64,000 nt of DNA from Takakia lepidozioides (taxonomy: Eukaryota > Plantae > Bryophyta): NCBI GenBank assembly GCA_030704615.1, contig CM060731.1:28520001-28584000 (forward strand). Reading direction: 5' to 3'. Position numbers and translations under genes: made by a program. Below the pieces are notes generated by a model. The model worked only from the letters and a program-made list of their open reading frames with translations, had not been told where the DNA came from and did not search any database. Positions 39,557 through 53,623 of this stretch are shown piece after piece (position 1 is the first letter of the stretch; each line of letters begins with the position of its first letter).

Positions 39557-42220
39557 TGGAAACACAGTGTTTTCGCCTTTCGCTGCACTGATATGGCCAC
39601 CTTTCAGAAGCCAGTTTGCTCATTTTCCTCCTCCGAACCGGGGGTTTGTTTTAGGCCTACAATGCATTAGCGCCCATCGCATCGAGCTTCCATTGCTACA
39701 GTAAATTCTTGCTCATTCTCACGGCAACCACCCATCACCGCTAATCTTATGCAACCAGGTGCCCCACATGTGTGAGGCGACCTGCTCTAACGCCCAAAGA
39801 CCAGCGAGTGTAGGGATCTAATTACGAAGTCCTTTCGCCTCATCGCGCTCTCTACAGATTGGGCAGGTGGGGAGGTCATTTTTGTCGGTGGACCTTAGAT
39901 TTCTCTGGTTACTTTGTACAGGGCCAGTCCCCATAACAAGTCCACCATACTCTGAAGATCAGAAGCATCTTACCAATGCCAATCTCTGCAAGAAAGTTTA
40001 ATGATGTCAACACTGACCTTCTCAGTAAATTTTCTGCCTAAGAAATGGTGTTTTGCTTGCTAAACGTGCAGCTCCCTTCCGAAGATTGAGCAACGCAGCC
40101 AACCAAACTGTGCTTATTGCGCACGGTTGTGGGGTCTGGTAATAAAGAGCTTGGCGGTGGAGGCCTCCCAAACCTTCACGATGCTCCATGTAGAGGACCA
40201 AAAAGCTATCAAAGAATGTGGAATATGGAAGACATTCTCAACAGCCTTCAAGGAGTGGCGTTTTTTGGCTATTCTCCACATTCTGGTTCCAACAACTAGT
40301 GTACCACAATTCCAGCAAGGTTCCATGGAGGGATAATGAGTTAGCAAGAATTGTGGAGAAGTTGACACCATTCAACCATAGGGGATGGAGAACAATTGTT
40401 CTGGCATTTTACGCCCACCTACCTGACTTGTAAGTGGAGGCACGGAGTGCAAGTCTTAATCCATGGGATTATACAGCCAGCACGTAAGCAACTCAAACGT
40501 TTTACAACGCCCATTTGATGCTGATGATCTAGATATATTGCTTTCTTGACAGGCCCAATGTCCAGCTTCCATTTAGACAGCTGAGTTATAGCCGAAAATG
40601 GTGTGCCAGGTTCGCTTGGAGAAGGGCATGCATCTGGTCAGGCCATATGAAATTGAGGAACCACACAAAGAGGATGCTTTGGGAGGTATCTAAAGTCCCA
40701 AAACAAGTCAGAGATTGCTTGGCAGGATGCAGACGCCTCAATGCAAGCAGAGAACTCTTCAAGAATGAGGAAATCCCCAGACAGTCACCAGAGCATTGGT
40801 AGGAAAAGCAGGTTTGTGGTCTGCTACTTCTAATTGCACAACACAAGAACATGAGAGAATTGGTGTGGTACTTATAACAAGTACAACTGCAATAGGTCAA
40901 AGCTTTTTAAGCTCATGTATGGCTGTTGGATGCTTGAAATAGGAAAACATTCAGGGGCTCTAAATTGGCAGAATCTATGATAGCTGAGTCCTATTCACAG
41001 GTCTTTGTGGCAGTTGGTGATTAAGGGCAGAATATGCACCACAACCAGATTATTCAGCATTCCCAAATGAAAAATCACAGATTTGGAGGTATATTGAAGT
41101 TTGACATTTGTCCTTCATGAGCTATCAAGTAGTCATTTCCTGACTTATGCTCAGTTACAGTAATGGTGTCAGAAAGTTTTAAGATCACTGGTTTCATGTT
41201 CTTGTAACCATGATGATCATCTATCAATTGAGTTTTTTGGCCAAGTTATCTCCGTTACTGAAGTTGCTCAAGGATCTTTGCAGCCTGAGAGCACTGCAAG
41301 AGCTTTCCTTTTGGGTTGCCTCAGTCTCACTTTATGCCAAAGGATTGAGGAGTAAAGAATCTATGTGCATACTGGACCTTGCTCTTGGCAACCTGAGCTC
41401 GGCTCAGAGAGTTCTTCCAAGTTCTTCCAAACAGCTGTTACCGTCTCATGGAGCTACCAGAGAGCTTCAGGAAAATGAATGATGTGGAGTTTCTGGATCT
41501 TGGAGAATGGCCCTTGATAGATGGTTGAGGATATGCAACAAAAGAGCTGCCTTGTCCTAGAAGTACTTGTCGTTCCAAAAGACAGTGAGGAGATAAGGAC
41601 AATGACAGGTCTCCTGTGGATCTTAGTCTGGGTAAGATGTACTGCATACTGCAAATTATTCAATCTTGCAATGGCTGCTATCAGCATCATTAGAAGCAAC
41701 TAAGGTCATGAGCAGGACCCTGGCCAGAGTGTGATTGTTAAGAACAAATGTTAAGCTCCACATGTTTTGGATTCTTAAATCATCAAAGGGAATTGGACTT
41801 GTTGACTCCAAAACCATCCAGTTTCTGGCCAAAATTATGTGTATTCCACACTTAGCAAGAGACTACTGGATTGCATATGTGCCTCTCTCAGTGCTTTAAT
41901 CTTGAGACTAGTGAAAAAATCTTTCGACCACTCCATTAGCACTGCGCAGCTCCACATACCAAGTTGAGACATTACTGAAGCATGCTTGCTCCAAACCTAG
42001 TTCAGCATTTTACTCAAGTGATCCGATCACATCATATAAGTACCCTGCACCACTCACAGACCTATTATCACTGGTGGTTTAATGGTAGTTTAAGAAAATA
42101 CATAGGATTGTTAATTATGATTAACAAGTTACTAATTCCTTGTGGAATCTGACAGCGAGGTTGTCAAGTCTCTCTAAGTCCTCGCTCCTAGTCTTCGCTC
42201 AGACTGTGAGAGGGGGAACT

Positions 42221-45200
42221 ATGGGGGAGCACCAGCATCTCCGCATGTGGTTTGAGTCTGTGGACGAGGACAACTCGGGATCTGTCAACGCCTTGGAGCT
42301 TCAGGTCTGTGCCAACTTCCTCATACGCAACCTTTCGGATTTCAAAGAGTGGATGAACTGGCTTCGAACCGTGCCTGGATCTCATCGCTTGACGGGGAAT
42401 TTAGTTTCACGTTTAGCTCGACCTGGAATTGGTCTGTCTGATCAAGGCAGTAAAAGATGGTTTGAGATCCACCACAGTGGTGACCGTGGCATGTGCCGGT
42501 GGGTCAGGAGTGCTGTGCACACAACCATTCTTGACCGTTAGGGCTGTCTGTGAAGCAGCAGGGTTGCAGTAGAAACGAGAAATGAGTCAGCTCACAGCCT
42601 AGCTTGGATGATAGGATCTCTCAGGTAGTGGGTTCTAGAACACAATCATGAGGTTTCCGGGCTAAGGCTGGGAAATCAAAGGCCCACATCGGCTCTGGTG
42701 AAACTTGTGTAGTGGGCTGAAGCAGTAGGGCTCCTATTTTAAGTACTTTGCGGGCCTGTTACATAATCCTGATAGCTGTACTGAGGGGTGTCCCTTTTCT
42801 GGAGCCCTCTCTCCACCACACAGAGTACATGCAACGATTTCCATCATGTGAACACATGAGCAACAGACATCTGTGCTTCCTGATAACCTGATGAGCTGTG
42901 CTGGTTCCTTGAAATTTCAACTACTACGATACTTTAAAATTTCTCCAAAAAAATTCTCCATCTTTCTTGTCTCCCTTTCTGGTTGACATGATCAGAGCAT
43001 GCCCTTGCAGCACCTTTGAGCATTGACAGGAAACCTGCACCACAGTAAGCCGCATTAAGGTCTAATCCTTTGATAAGGATACCATGAGACATGAGAAATG
43101 GTTTTACTTCTCCACTTAGAGGGGCTTGTTAACTCTTGGGTCGTTCATAAAGCTTTACAGAGAGTCCATCTCTTGTTTATTATCTGATCTGTGTCCCAAT
43201 GAGGGGTAGCACTAAAATTGGGGGGTCCCCTAGATGGATTTCAAATTCTGTCTGTTGCACCAGCACCTCGTGATAAGGTGGATCATGCTGGACTGGATAA
43301 GAACAGGGCAAGAACGTTTGACAAGTGAGGTATAGGGAAGCTGATGATGGAAGAAGGGGCATGGGGCTGGATATACAGCAGGCACTCGCCGTGGGGAATC
43401 TGAAGTTTCCAACAAGCATAGTAGCACAAATGATCAGGTTGAATTCATCTCCCTCTAGTTCCTTGCAGTAAGTGGAGTATAGTGTAGGACGAAAGAGCTC
43501 GTATGCAGATATGCAAAGTTTGATCTGCTTTGCGGTCTCTTTGGCAGTAAATAGAAGTAAAATGTCCATGTTAGCTCTTAACTGAGCACTCAACTCCATG
43601 CTACTGCAGAAGGTAGTACAGATTGTGCAGTTTATTTCCGTGACTTTCCACCATGATATATGTGCTGTACTAAATTACGTTGAGGTGTCAGCAGTTGAAG
43701 GCAGGAAAGAACATTCCACGTGGAAAATCAATCTAGAATATTGGACCGGATTCCTTTTTGTAGTGGGAAGGGTTGTATGAAGTATTTGCACTGTAAGACC
43801 ATTGAAGTGATAATGTCTGTCATTTATGTAAGCCTTGCTTCTTTAGAAGTCATGAAATGAACATTGCTTATTCCAACACCTTAATGAACGGGTGATGTGG
43901 TGGGTATGACAGAATGTACGACACAGATCAGAATGGGGTCATGTCATTTGAAGGTATGATTCTCCCTGCCTGCCTCTTGGCCTCCCACTTACTTTCTCCG
44001 GTGGACAGCCTGTGTGGTCTCGTCTCTTCTGTGGTAGGTATGACTCGGACCGTAGTGCTTACTACACAAACTGCCACAAAGAACAAAAAACCCATTGACC
44101 CAGTTTTCATGCGAAGAATGACTGATTGCTATAATTTGAGGGAAGATGCTGGATTGGGAAAAATGGAGAGTTTTTCAGATGAAAAGCAAGCCTGCAAATA
44201 GTAACATTGTCTATCTAAAAACATGAGTTCAAATGCCAATTATCTGTGTAAACAATTCAGCATCATCCAGGGCCACATTATCTGGTGTTTGCACTCTTGT
44301 GTTGGGTAGTTCCACTGCTGAATATGGGAATGTGCACTGTACTCCATGGTAACCCTGCCTTGCAGCAGGCTGATCCAAACTTGTGGGCATTTGATTGCAG
44401 AATTCGTCAGTCTACACAAGTTTCTCAATTCGGTGTGTGCAGGCTCCCAGTACTTTTGCAATTCATTTGTTTGTTTGATCTTCATATGATTGGATTAAGA
44501 CCTGATATTGCCGGATATGGACAGTAGTCATCCAGCAGAAGTGGGTGCTTTGATGGTACTTGGTGTCACACTATCGTGTGGAAGTGCAAACTTTGGTTTT
44601 TCTTCAGATAGCATAGTGGGCCACAGAGCATGGTCGTGGGTTCCAATTCACATGGTTATTACATATTGTGGTCTCCACAAACGGGAAGCTTGGTGGCAAA
44701 TTGGGTAACTAGGGGGTTCTGGGTTTGTAGGGAAAGAGGTAGGGCAATACAGTCTTTCGTCACTCTTAGTGGTGATTCAAAAAGTCCCCACATTTGAAGA
44801 CAGGGAAGGAGGCACTATCACTGTTAGCTCCAGCAGGGTTCTTCCTTTCCTACACTCTTAGTCTTTCACTAACTAACCATGTGAAATGTACTAGCATTTT
44901 CTTTGTAGTTTCAGCCAGGTTACAGGGCAGAACCCTCCCTGTGGCTTAGCTGTCATTCTTGAGGTAGGGTTCTGCTCTATGCAACCTGGTGACACATACA
45001 GGGCTCGCTGCGGTTACTAGGGGTAATCAGCTCAATCCTGCGGGTTACAGTACACAAAGTGGTTCTTTATTTTCGATATACTGTTCCAGTGAGAGTCTCA
45101 AGTGCATGGAAGTACACCTGTAAAGTACCTCAAAAGGGCTCTTCTTTCCTAATAGCACGAGTGTTTGCGATGTCCAATATTCTGATTCCATGTGTTTGAA

Positions 45201-47900
45201 CACACTGCAGGTGCAGAATTCCTTTGCGGTATGTGCTAGGTATATTTGTTGGGAACTCGTTCATTTTATGGTTGATTATCTTGAGGCACATCATATGAGG
45301 GAGTCCACGTGAACCCTTAATCATCACAACTTTTTCTGACCAAAAACAATAGATCTAATTGTAGTATCAGATGTACTTCTTGTTGAAAAGATTCTCAGAT
45401 TCAAAATTCAGATGATAGTGTTAGACTCACCTTAAGAGAAGAAAAGATTTACCAGATTTTACAGGACTTTTATCAGTTTTTAAGATTACTGGAGTGATGG
45501 GATTAGAAGGAACGAAGGTTTGATTGCAAAGTTAAACTGGAGCTGCAATATTGGAAATCCCACCCTGGAGGATGTGCATTCAAACTCCAGGTTCCTCTCT
45601 CCATCGCAGTCACCGTAAGAGAGGTAATCCTGGAGGCCAAGTTTTAAATAGCAGTAAATTATCAATTGAATCTTGATGGATTGTGGTGCCGATTGCAGGG
45701 ACCAACAATATCTCGCCCTGAATGAGGTGTACACGGTATGCCTCCAGCCCTGTGTTTTGCCACTTCACGTCACTCGCTCTCAGTTCCATTTGCATCAGTT
45801 GCAGTTTGTACCATCAGATAGAGCATTTGTTCTGGGCAGTTTTCCTTATTTTTACAACATCGACCTTCGAGAAAGTTGGGTTTAGTTTAGTAGCAGCTGA
45901 ATCACGGAAATTCTCGAAATTGAAACAGCTCATTTGGTAAATTGACGAGGGAAAAGACTGCCTATTCACTAGTTTTTAATGGGGGAACATATCTGTAAAA
46001 CTGTCGTTTTTGTATGACAGCAATCTTGTATGTAGAAGTCTATGCAATTCTCTATTTGTGTTCAAGTGTGGAATCAACAGTTACCCCTGAGCCATTGTAT
46101 GAAGTCATTGCATTTCTTTCACAACACCATTGTCAATATGGAAGTTTTTCATCTGTAAAGGTGCTATGAGATATAATTTTTTCTGATATGGCATGACCTC
46201 ATGCCAAAAGACAACCACTTAATTGTTTGTGAGCCTGACGACCTCCCCTTTACCATAAGAATATATGCTGAATGAAAAGTTCTAGTCATTTGTCCATACT
46301 CATGCCAATCGAGTTAAAGGCTTGTGCTGGTCCTGTCATTTGAGCTTCTTGTTTGGAGCTCTTGTCTCCCTCTTTCTTGTTGTTGGTGTCTCTTTTCTGC
46401 TGAAAATAGTGCACTGGGGCTGTTAGAGTTCCCAATCAACAAAAGTGTTGAGTGGATGGGCGAATACATGGATAGAAAGGATATATGTATCAGTAGTGGG
46501 ATGACAGCAAGCAAGGGTTGGATTGAGGGCAGGCACTTCAACAGGTTGGATTCTCACTGGATCAGCCGTCGTTCTACACTGCTTGCCAGGTATAGTACAG
46601 GGCCTATTCTCTAAGCACCCCCTCCTGTCCCAACAATAGGCTCCAGAAGATGGATGGATAGCCATTTGGTAGGTTACTAGGAAGTTTTTCCCCAGTCATT
46701 TAAGGTCCCCAACCTAACAAGGATGACTAGTTTAGTGTAAAGCCTGCTGACAGTAAGAACAGGGTGCAATCCGATAATCTAGATTAAACATTAGCAAGAA
46801 AGTGTGGAAGCTCAAGTAGGTCCACAACTTTGTGCTTGGATCTAGGTAGTGGTAAGGGAAAATTCTAAGCTCCTTAAAACTATCCAGTTGAGGACAAAGG
46901 CTTCTTCTGTGGCTTTGTATAGTTCGCCCACCTGATTATCTCTACTCTAGGTGGTTCGACAGACAGCCGCAAATGGCAAGAAGGAAGGAAACAGTGGATC
47001 ATTTGAGGGTGATAATTTTTTCCTTCATTTGCAGAGTTTCGATCCAAATCGAACAGGGAAGTTCAAACTGGACGAATACATTTCGATGTGTATTTTTCTG
47101 CAGTCTGCTAAGTACGCTACGATTTCTTCCTTCCACCAGTCGCTGTGGGGATCGTTTTGTGGACAGTTCTGGTTGTATGTGAAGGAAACGTTAGGGTCAC
47201 GCGTCACATTAGATAAAAAGACTGTTGTGCTTTTCAGTTCTTGTGAACAGTTTTTGTATGGTTTGTGTAGCACCTTCCAGCATGTAGCCTACTGTTTGTG
47301 GCTCTCGGTTTTCAATCATGTAACAACCCAACTTATAGACGCTAATGCTAATGGAATGAATTGATCAATTAGTAGTGGGCACATGGATGGTTGGCCTTTT
47401 AAGTTTCAGGGTGACCCGACCTCCAAGAATAGAGCATACTGTAGGAGGATGTGTCATGGGTCAGGGGAGCCGTGTTCCATCCGTGTTGGTGAATGGCGTG
47501 TATCGGGTGAGGGGCTCTGTGGTATAAGCCCTCTAGTAGCTCTTCACCTTCTTTTTGAGTTTGCAGCAACCTGGGGCTGACTGAGTGCATGGATGGGGGC
47601 CTTGCAGGAATCTATTTGGAGCTTTCGATACTGGCAAGGCAGGCCACATTACGCTCGACTTCAACCAGTTTGTATATTGTGGTGTGCCTCTCTCTCCTCC
47701 CTCTACGTTTTGTGTGGGGTAAGACAAGCCAGTCTCTGCGCTTAAAGTGAGATAATGAATGTGGCACGACGTTGACCTATGCACTTGGGATGCTAACTTG
47801 ATTTCCTAGACATCGGATCTTCTCGATTAAGCAGAATTCTTACATGAGCAGCTTTTCTGATTGTTGGGGGATGTGTGCAGCGGCAAATTTGAGAATATGA
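42221..47900 (+). CDS. Sorcin-like penta-EF-hand calcium-binding protein, 10 exons, 169 aa
   Basis: Exons 42221-42304, 43379-43437, 43913-43953, 44401-44432, 45211-45239, 45699-45735, 46533-46589, 47035-47111, 47608-47681 and 47881-47900 total 510 nt, all GT-AG. Translation includes WFESVDEDNSGSV, QMIRMYDTDQNGVMSFEEF, GFSLDQPSFYTACQSFD and TLDFNQFVYCAANLRI. Confidence 0.93.
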
Positions 47901-49077
47901 CAATCACCAAACTTCAGGAGTTGATGTTGCGGTGTGTCATGCATGACTTCGACCTAAATGCTCTTGCTTTATGTGCGAGCGTGAGGATATAGATAGGCAA
48001 GACTATCCTTTGCTATACGTACTAGTCTAGCCAGCTCATGGGATGATTAGGTGTTCGAATCCCCTTTCATGCCTAATGAGTTGTGGGGGGCCACAATTAG
48101 GTCCATAAGGTGAGGCATTTGCATGCTAAGTTGGGATTGGTTATATATGCTATATCCGCTTTCAGTATCAAGAGGTGCAGTGCATACAATGTGGGTTACC
48201 TGGATCAAGGGTGTTAGCAGGAAGGAAGGCAACATGTATTGCCAGTGACATTCTCAAGGACCTCAGTCAGGGAAATTTTGATCTGCAGAGAAATGCAGCA
48301 ATGCAAGAAAAATTGTAATTGTCAAATCCTTTGAAGATTCTCATGGCAATGAAAACACCGGGCATGTCACTGCCTGCAGTTTGTTAAATTTCCTGCTTAA
48401 TCCGATCCATTCAAAATATGTGGATGGAAGACATAGGCATCTCAGAAATACGACCAACCCATTCCATCAGCAAAGTGGTATGTACTGCCTCCTCCATCTG
48501 TGCCTCCTTGTCCACCGTGCTGAAACCCCACTAGTTCCTGAGCTGCCGTTGATGCGTCCCTGCCCCTAGTAAAGTCTTTGGTCAGCACAAGGTAAGGGTG
48601 GCTGTGCCCCGGGACCTTCTGCCCTGTTTGGGAGGATTTCCAATAGGAAGATGCCACACACTAATGCGAGGGATACTGAAAAATAGGGCGACCTGTTGCT
48701 CTCTTGTTTCCCTTTTCTGGCCCATGCCACCTTCGCAGGACCAACAGTTGATACGTTACATGACAGCACAGCAACATCTCACTGACGCGAAATAGAAATG
48801 CACTAACCATAGTTTCTATAGATAGGCCAACTTTTGGGTCCGAAAAAGATTGAATAGCGCTTAAAAGTGCATTAAGTTGTTACCTCATCCTATTTTATCC
48901 TTGGCGAGGACGTTTGTGAGCGGCGTTGCCTGCATATATATACAACGCAACGCTAACGAGGGGGTCGAGTCTGTCTTTGCTTGCCACCCTGCGCTTACCT
49001 CGCCCTCTCTTGTTGCCTTGTCAGTGCGCTTTAGAGTCTTGTGAGTCCTGTGGGATTGTAAGTGAAGTTCATTTGCG

Positions 49078-49608
49078 ATGAAAAGGAAACAAGAGATTCC
49101 GAACATGTCTGTGAAGGAGGAGCATGAAGCCATCAGCAAGAAGCAAAAGAAGATGTCGATTGCCGTTCGAGATTGGCCAACTATGGGTTGCCATCCTGTT
49201 TTGGTTTTTGGTTGTGATCTGAATGGTGATAAGGTGGCTCGCTTGAGCCTGGATGCTGCTGCCCGTGAGGACGCAGCATCATTTGCATCTTATATAAAGA
49301 GCGAGGAGTCGACAGCATCATGTCCATCTTATATAAAGAGCGAGGAGTCAGCAGCACCATGTGCATCCGACATAAAGAGCGAGTCGGACAGTTCGAAGAC
49401 TGGATGTAGCTGGCCGGAGGTGGAGAGTCCGTGGAACAACCGATCTGGACAGGACCAGGATTATGATTGCCATGCCTACGAACAGGCAGTAGATGGTCCA
49501 TCTATATTGCAGGGGCGGATCGCCGATGGGTCGATCTACAAACATGGACAAGGCTGTGGCAGCTATTCCAGATTGGCCGAGGATTGTTGCGGATGGTTGT
49601 GCTGGTGA
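49078..49608 (+). CDS. Hypothetical 176-aa protein with three 13-aa repeats
   Basis: ATG-initiated ORF ~140 bp downstream of TATATATA (~48935), with a basic N-terminus and 39-bp repeats at ~49276-49392 (ASFASYIKSEEST/ASCPSYIKSEESA/APCASDIKSESDS). Confidence 0.4.
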   Translation: MKRKQEIPNMSVKEEHEAISKKQKKMSIAVRDWPTMGCHPVLVFGCDLNGDKVARLSLDAAAREDAASFASYIKSEESTASCPSYIKSEESAAPCASDIKSESDSSKTGCSWPEVESPWNNRSGQDQDYDCHAYEQAVDGPSILQGRIADGSIYKHGQGCGSYSRLAEDCCGWLCW

Positions 49609-51467
49609 GAAGCAAGTCAAGGTGCTGAAGTTCCATGAATGATAGGAAAAAATTTAGTGCCAAAGGAGAAGCCGATGGCTGTGCGCATGGGTTTGCATAT
49701 TCACCTTGGCTAGTTCAAATTGAAGACTACTTTTAGATACCTTCAAATGGATGATGATCTGCTGGGCTGCTACTGATTTAGAAAAGTATGGGCTCAGCTC
49801 TTGGAACAATCCTGAGCAAATATTATGTGAATTCACATATTTGAATTCAATTAAATGTTCTAGTACTAAGCATCATTAATGTAGCTGTAATTTGAGATCT
49901 CTTTAGCCTTTGGACTATGTTATCTTTACTTTAGTTCTTCTCGTGCAGTATCCTGGAGCATAGGTAGTTCCTGAGTTTTCAGGGCTTCTGGATAATTGTT
50001 TGTTTAAAGCTTGCCCTGGGGGGCTTGGTAGGGTGTTACACCAATCAACAAAGATGGGCCTGGTTTATTTTTCCAGGACTCCCCTTTATTAATATGATTT
50101 ACAGGACTTCCACCCCTTTTATTCTTTTTTAAAACAAAATTGAGATTCAAGTGTGCACGCATGTCACAAGCTTGAGACAGATTATGTAAATTGAGATGAA
50201 TGGAACAACATTTTGAAATCAGTATCCTTACGTCCATTGGACTTTTGCTGCATACATTGGATTTCTTCTTCAGGAACATTGGTTCCTATACTTAGGGGGA
50301 CATATTTACTTGTGTTGAACGTTAAGTTGTATTCTCCCTCTTTTCTTCTCTGCACTTTCTCAGATCTATGGAATGCCTGTATGAAGTTTTCATGTTGGCC
50401 AGATCACTAGGAATGCCTTACACACTAAACTGTCTTACATGGATTTTCTGCGATAAAGGATCTTATGTGAGCCTCAGTGCCTTTTCATGTTGTTTCCATC
50501 AATATTCCCTCTGTTGGAATTCAACCTTGGTAGGTATACATGTAGCATCGGACTGTGGGCATCGCTAGTCCAGAAAAAATAAAAATAAAACAAAAAGTAA
50601 GTTTGTATATATCACCCTAGCCAACTTTATGCCTCCTTGTTGCTAGCCATGCTGTATCTTCAGACTTCAAGCCTGAAAAGACAAAAAAAACCTCCTACTT
50701 AGTTGACATTTGAAACATTGGACCTGGAAACTCAAAACAAACAAAAAGGGGCATAGCAAAGCAATGCGTTCTTGCGTTAATTAGTCATCTTGCCCCACCA
50801 ATTCAAACATGAAATTGGCATAATGTCCTTAGGCAATTGGATTGAAAGCACATATCATTGGCGTCGACAATATTCAAAACCATGCTGTCAGTAGCTTTGC
50901 ATAAAGCAGAAAACCTCAATAGAGTAGGTAAGTGTAACTGAAGCAAAGAGAGGGTGAGGTTAGGGGGACTACTACTCGAAAAGAGTTTTGCTGCCAAAAC
51001 CAAACAGAGTTCGACCCGAAGGTCTCACTGATACACCTATTTATGCTGCTAGTGTCCCTATACCCATACTCGGACCTATGCGCTCAGTATTGCTTTCATA
51101 CTTGCGCTCACTTGGCCTCTTCCAAAGTAGATTAATCTGTCCCAACACACCTCATCCCCTCACAATCTGCACCCTACATTGTAAATTTGGAGAAAACATT
51201 TGAAGGTTGCATTTTTGTTTAATAGGATCATGTTTAGGCCATCTGGTTGATGTTCTGTAGTGTTTCATGCTCATTCGTAAGATTGTGTTTGCATGTACAT
51301 ACTGATGAGACATATTATGGGCTCTATATTGCATTCCATTGAAATAAAAATATGTCCAACATGGATCTCTAGTTATTTTAAGATTTCATTGATGTACGGT
51401 CTGTCGCAGTGGAATATTCAAAATGGATAGATAGATCAAGACTTATAGTGAGTAACTTAGACTGGTC

Positions 51468-51720
51468 AACAGTCAATAGCTCAGTTGGTTAGTGTGTTGA
51501 GTGCCACCCACATGATTCTGGGGCCAAATTCTGCTACTTGACGGGTGTGGTATACTCTTGTCCCCCTTCCCTTCCCTTGGGCGGTGTCCCATTTCTACGC
51601 CTGCATGGCGAGGTTACTGTGAAAGAGGTTATTTTCTCCTCTCCCTATTAAGGGGGCTGATTGCGAGTTGTCGCTCCCATGTGTTTCCCTTTTCACAATT
51701 ACAAAACGTTTAAAAACAAA
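51468..51720 (+). mobile_element. Degenerate tRNA-derived SINE-like element
   Basis: A-box-like TAGCTCAGTTGGTTAG at ~51477, a decayed B-box GGGCCAAATTC at ~51521, and an A-rich end at ~51700-51720. It does not fold as an intact tRNA. Confidence 0.5.
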
Positions 51721-52969
51721 CTTAGACTCTTTAGTTCTTTGACTTTCTTCAACCACATCCTCCTACACACCAGAATTACAAATGGGATTGACTGTTTTCA
51801 AGAAATGCTGTTAGTTAGGCTTTGGCTGGTGTCTTCTCTCTAGTCTAGGACAAGTCAAGAAATGAGCATTGAAGTCTTCAGATTTCAGTCGACATCTACG
51901 TAGGGCTATGCATTTGCCTTGCCTTAATCAACAAGCCAATTTATGTAATCATAGAGAGCCCTAAATGTCAGGAGATTAATTGATGCAAAACCTAGTTGCC
52001 TACAAAATACTAGCTGATTATTGAGTGCTGAAGATGTCACATGCTAAAACAACCATAGGCTTTGGTTTGCAAGGAACTCCACGACTCATTGCCCATTGCA
52101 GATAGCCTGGCAACGTTTTTTCTTGAACGTTGATCATCAAGAATGTACAGGAGCAGCATTTAGAAGGCCAAAAATGGGCAAGAATGGCGACTATATCACA
52201 CTTTCTATCATGACAATCCCTTGCTCACAACTTTCTGCATCATAAAATCACAGCCTTCATGTAAACGTGCACCGCAAATGCTCTGAAAACAGTGTGCGGT
52301 GATTTTATTGTATTACAAAAGAAAGAACTGAAGGAACTTTATAATGTCCACTCACAGGGAGAAAGAAAGGGAGGCCTTAGGGACACAGAACACAACAAAA
52401 CAGAACCAGAAAGAGATGCTCACAACAAGACTGGAGGGAAAAAGTTTGAACACGAAAATCCTCAATGAAGTTTTTCAGAAAAAAAATCCACGGTTTATTG
52501 AATCAATCGTTGAGAATGGGTCAAAGAGTTCTTCAGAAAGTGCATGTGCTATATTTCGAGTTGAAACCAGCCACCTACATATATACAGAAGTAGCAAAGA
52601 GAGCAAGTCTGGCACTTGAATGTGAGTAGTTGGAGCACTGATAATGCAACCATTCTCAGCCCTCCCCTCTAATGCAATTATATACACATATACAGCTTTG
52701 ACAACAGCGTCTGTTGGGCGAGGCCATGGAAGACTGACCGAAGAAATATAAATGTCCTGTTCAATCGCAATCTGGCACTTCATAAACTCAAGGGCTCCCA
52801 GTGATGGAACAGTAGTGTACCCTGGCCTCGACAGCAAAATGTGAACAAACAAGCAGGAAACAATTGTGATCTAGACATCGCGATATATATCAAAGAGTCA
52901 AGTGAAGCGTACGGCAAGAACCATGGTATCAAGGACAAGGCAAGACAAGAAACGAAACAGATAGCCCTG

Positions 52970-53623
52970 TCATGCTTGAGCCAATTGGCCCGCATCCCCG
53001 TCACACAGCCTCATATCTACAAGTGACCAATCATCCTCCCAGCAGCATTGGCTCTTGTCATCGTCTGAGAGCGAAATCCCTGACCAGCTGTCATCGCTGT
53101 CGCCCACACTTGCATTCTGATAACCATCTTCGATATCCATCTCGAATATATCGAAATTTTCGCCCTCATGGATCGTGTTCTCGAGCTCATATTGGATCGG
53201 GGCGCCACTGAAGACTTCCAATTCAGGCTCCTCAGCATTCGATTCTTCACCTTGGTACTGCAGATCTTTCATCATGGTTTCCACAATCATCGCCATAGCC
53301 GAAGCCTCTCCCTCTGAAGGACCCTCATCGCGATCACTGGTTTCAGGAGTCTGCGACTCTGTGTCATGGAAATCCAAATAAAGTGCAGGCCGCCCACCTT
53401 TGCGACCAGCATGAGAGCCAGAGTTTGGAGGCGAGACCCACCAGTCCTGGAGGAGATAATTAGTGGTTACGTCGTACGCTTTGAGCTTGAGGCAACCCTT
53501 GACTTTACCCAGGGATTTGTTCACAGGGTGGCTGTGGCACATCAGACAGCGGGGTTTTCCACATTTCCCTGTGAACTTGGAGTGGTTGCAGGGCTTGCCG
53601 GTTATCCGTCCCTCGCGCCTCAT
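52970..53623 (-). CDS. Conserved uncharacterised plant protein (MxREGR..NHSKFTGKC..C..CH.HP motif) with an acidic C-terminus
   Basis: MRREGR..KPCNHSKFTGKCGKPRCLMCHSHPVNKS..KG and a terminal DDWSLV match a land-plant family I recognise. ATG at 53623. Confidence 0.82.
   Translation of the reverse strand: MRREGRITGKPCNHSKFTGKCGKPRCLMCHSHPVNKSLGKVKGCLKLKAYDVTTNYLLQDWWVSPPNSGSHAGRKGGRPALYLDFHDTESQTPETSDRDEGPSEGEASAMAMIVETMMKDLQYQGEESNAEEPELEVFSGAPIQYELENTIHEGENFDIFEMDIEDGYQNASVGDSDDSWSGISLSDDDKSQCCWEDDWSLVDMRLCDGDAGQLAQA

Noticed and set aside
40000-41900. Possible decayed PPR or other pseudogene
   Set aside because: There are only vague fragments and no continuous motif I can support.
42683-42692. 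snRNA upstream sequence element (CCCACATCG)
   Set aside because: The match is imperfect, lies inside an intron, and has no recognisable snRNA downstream.
51468-51545. Functional tRNA gene
   Set aside because: Only the A-box/D-arm is recognisable. The T-loop lacks GTTC and no acceptor stem is evident.
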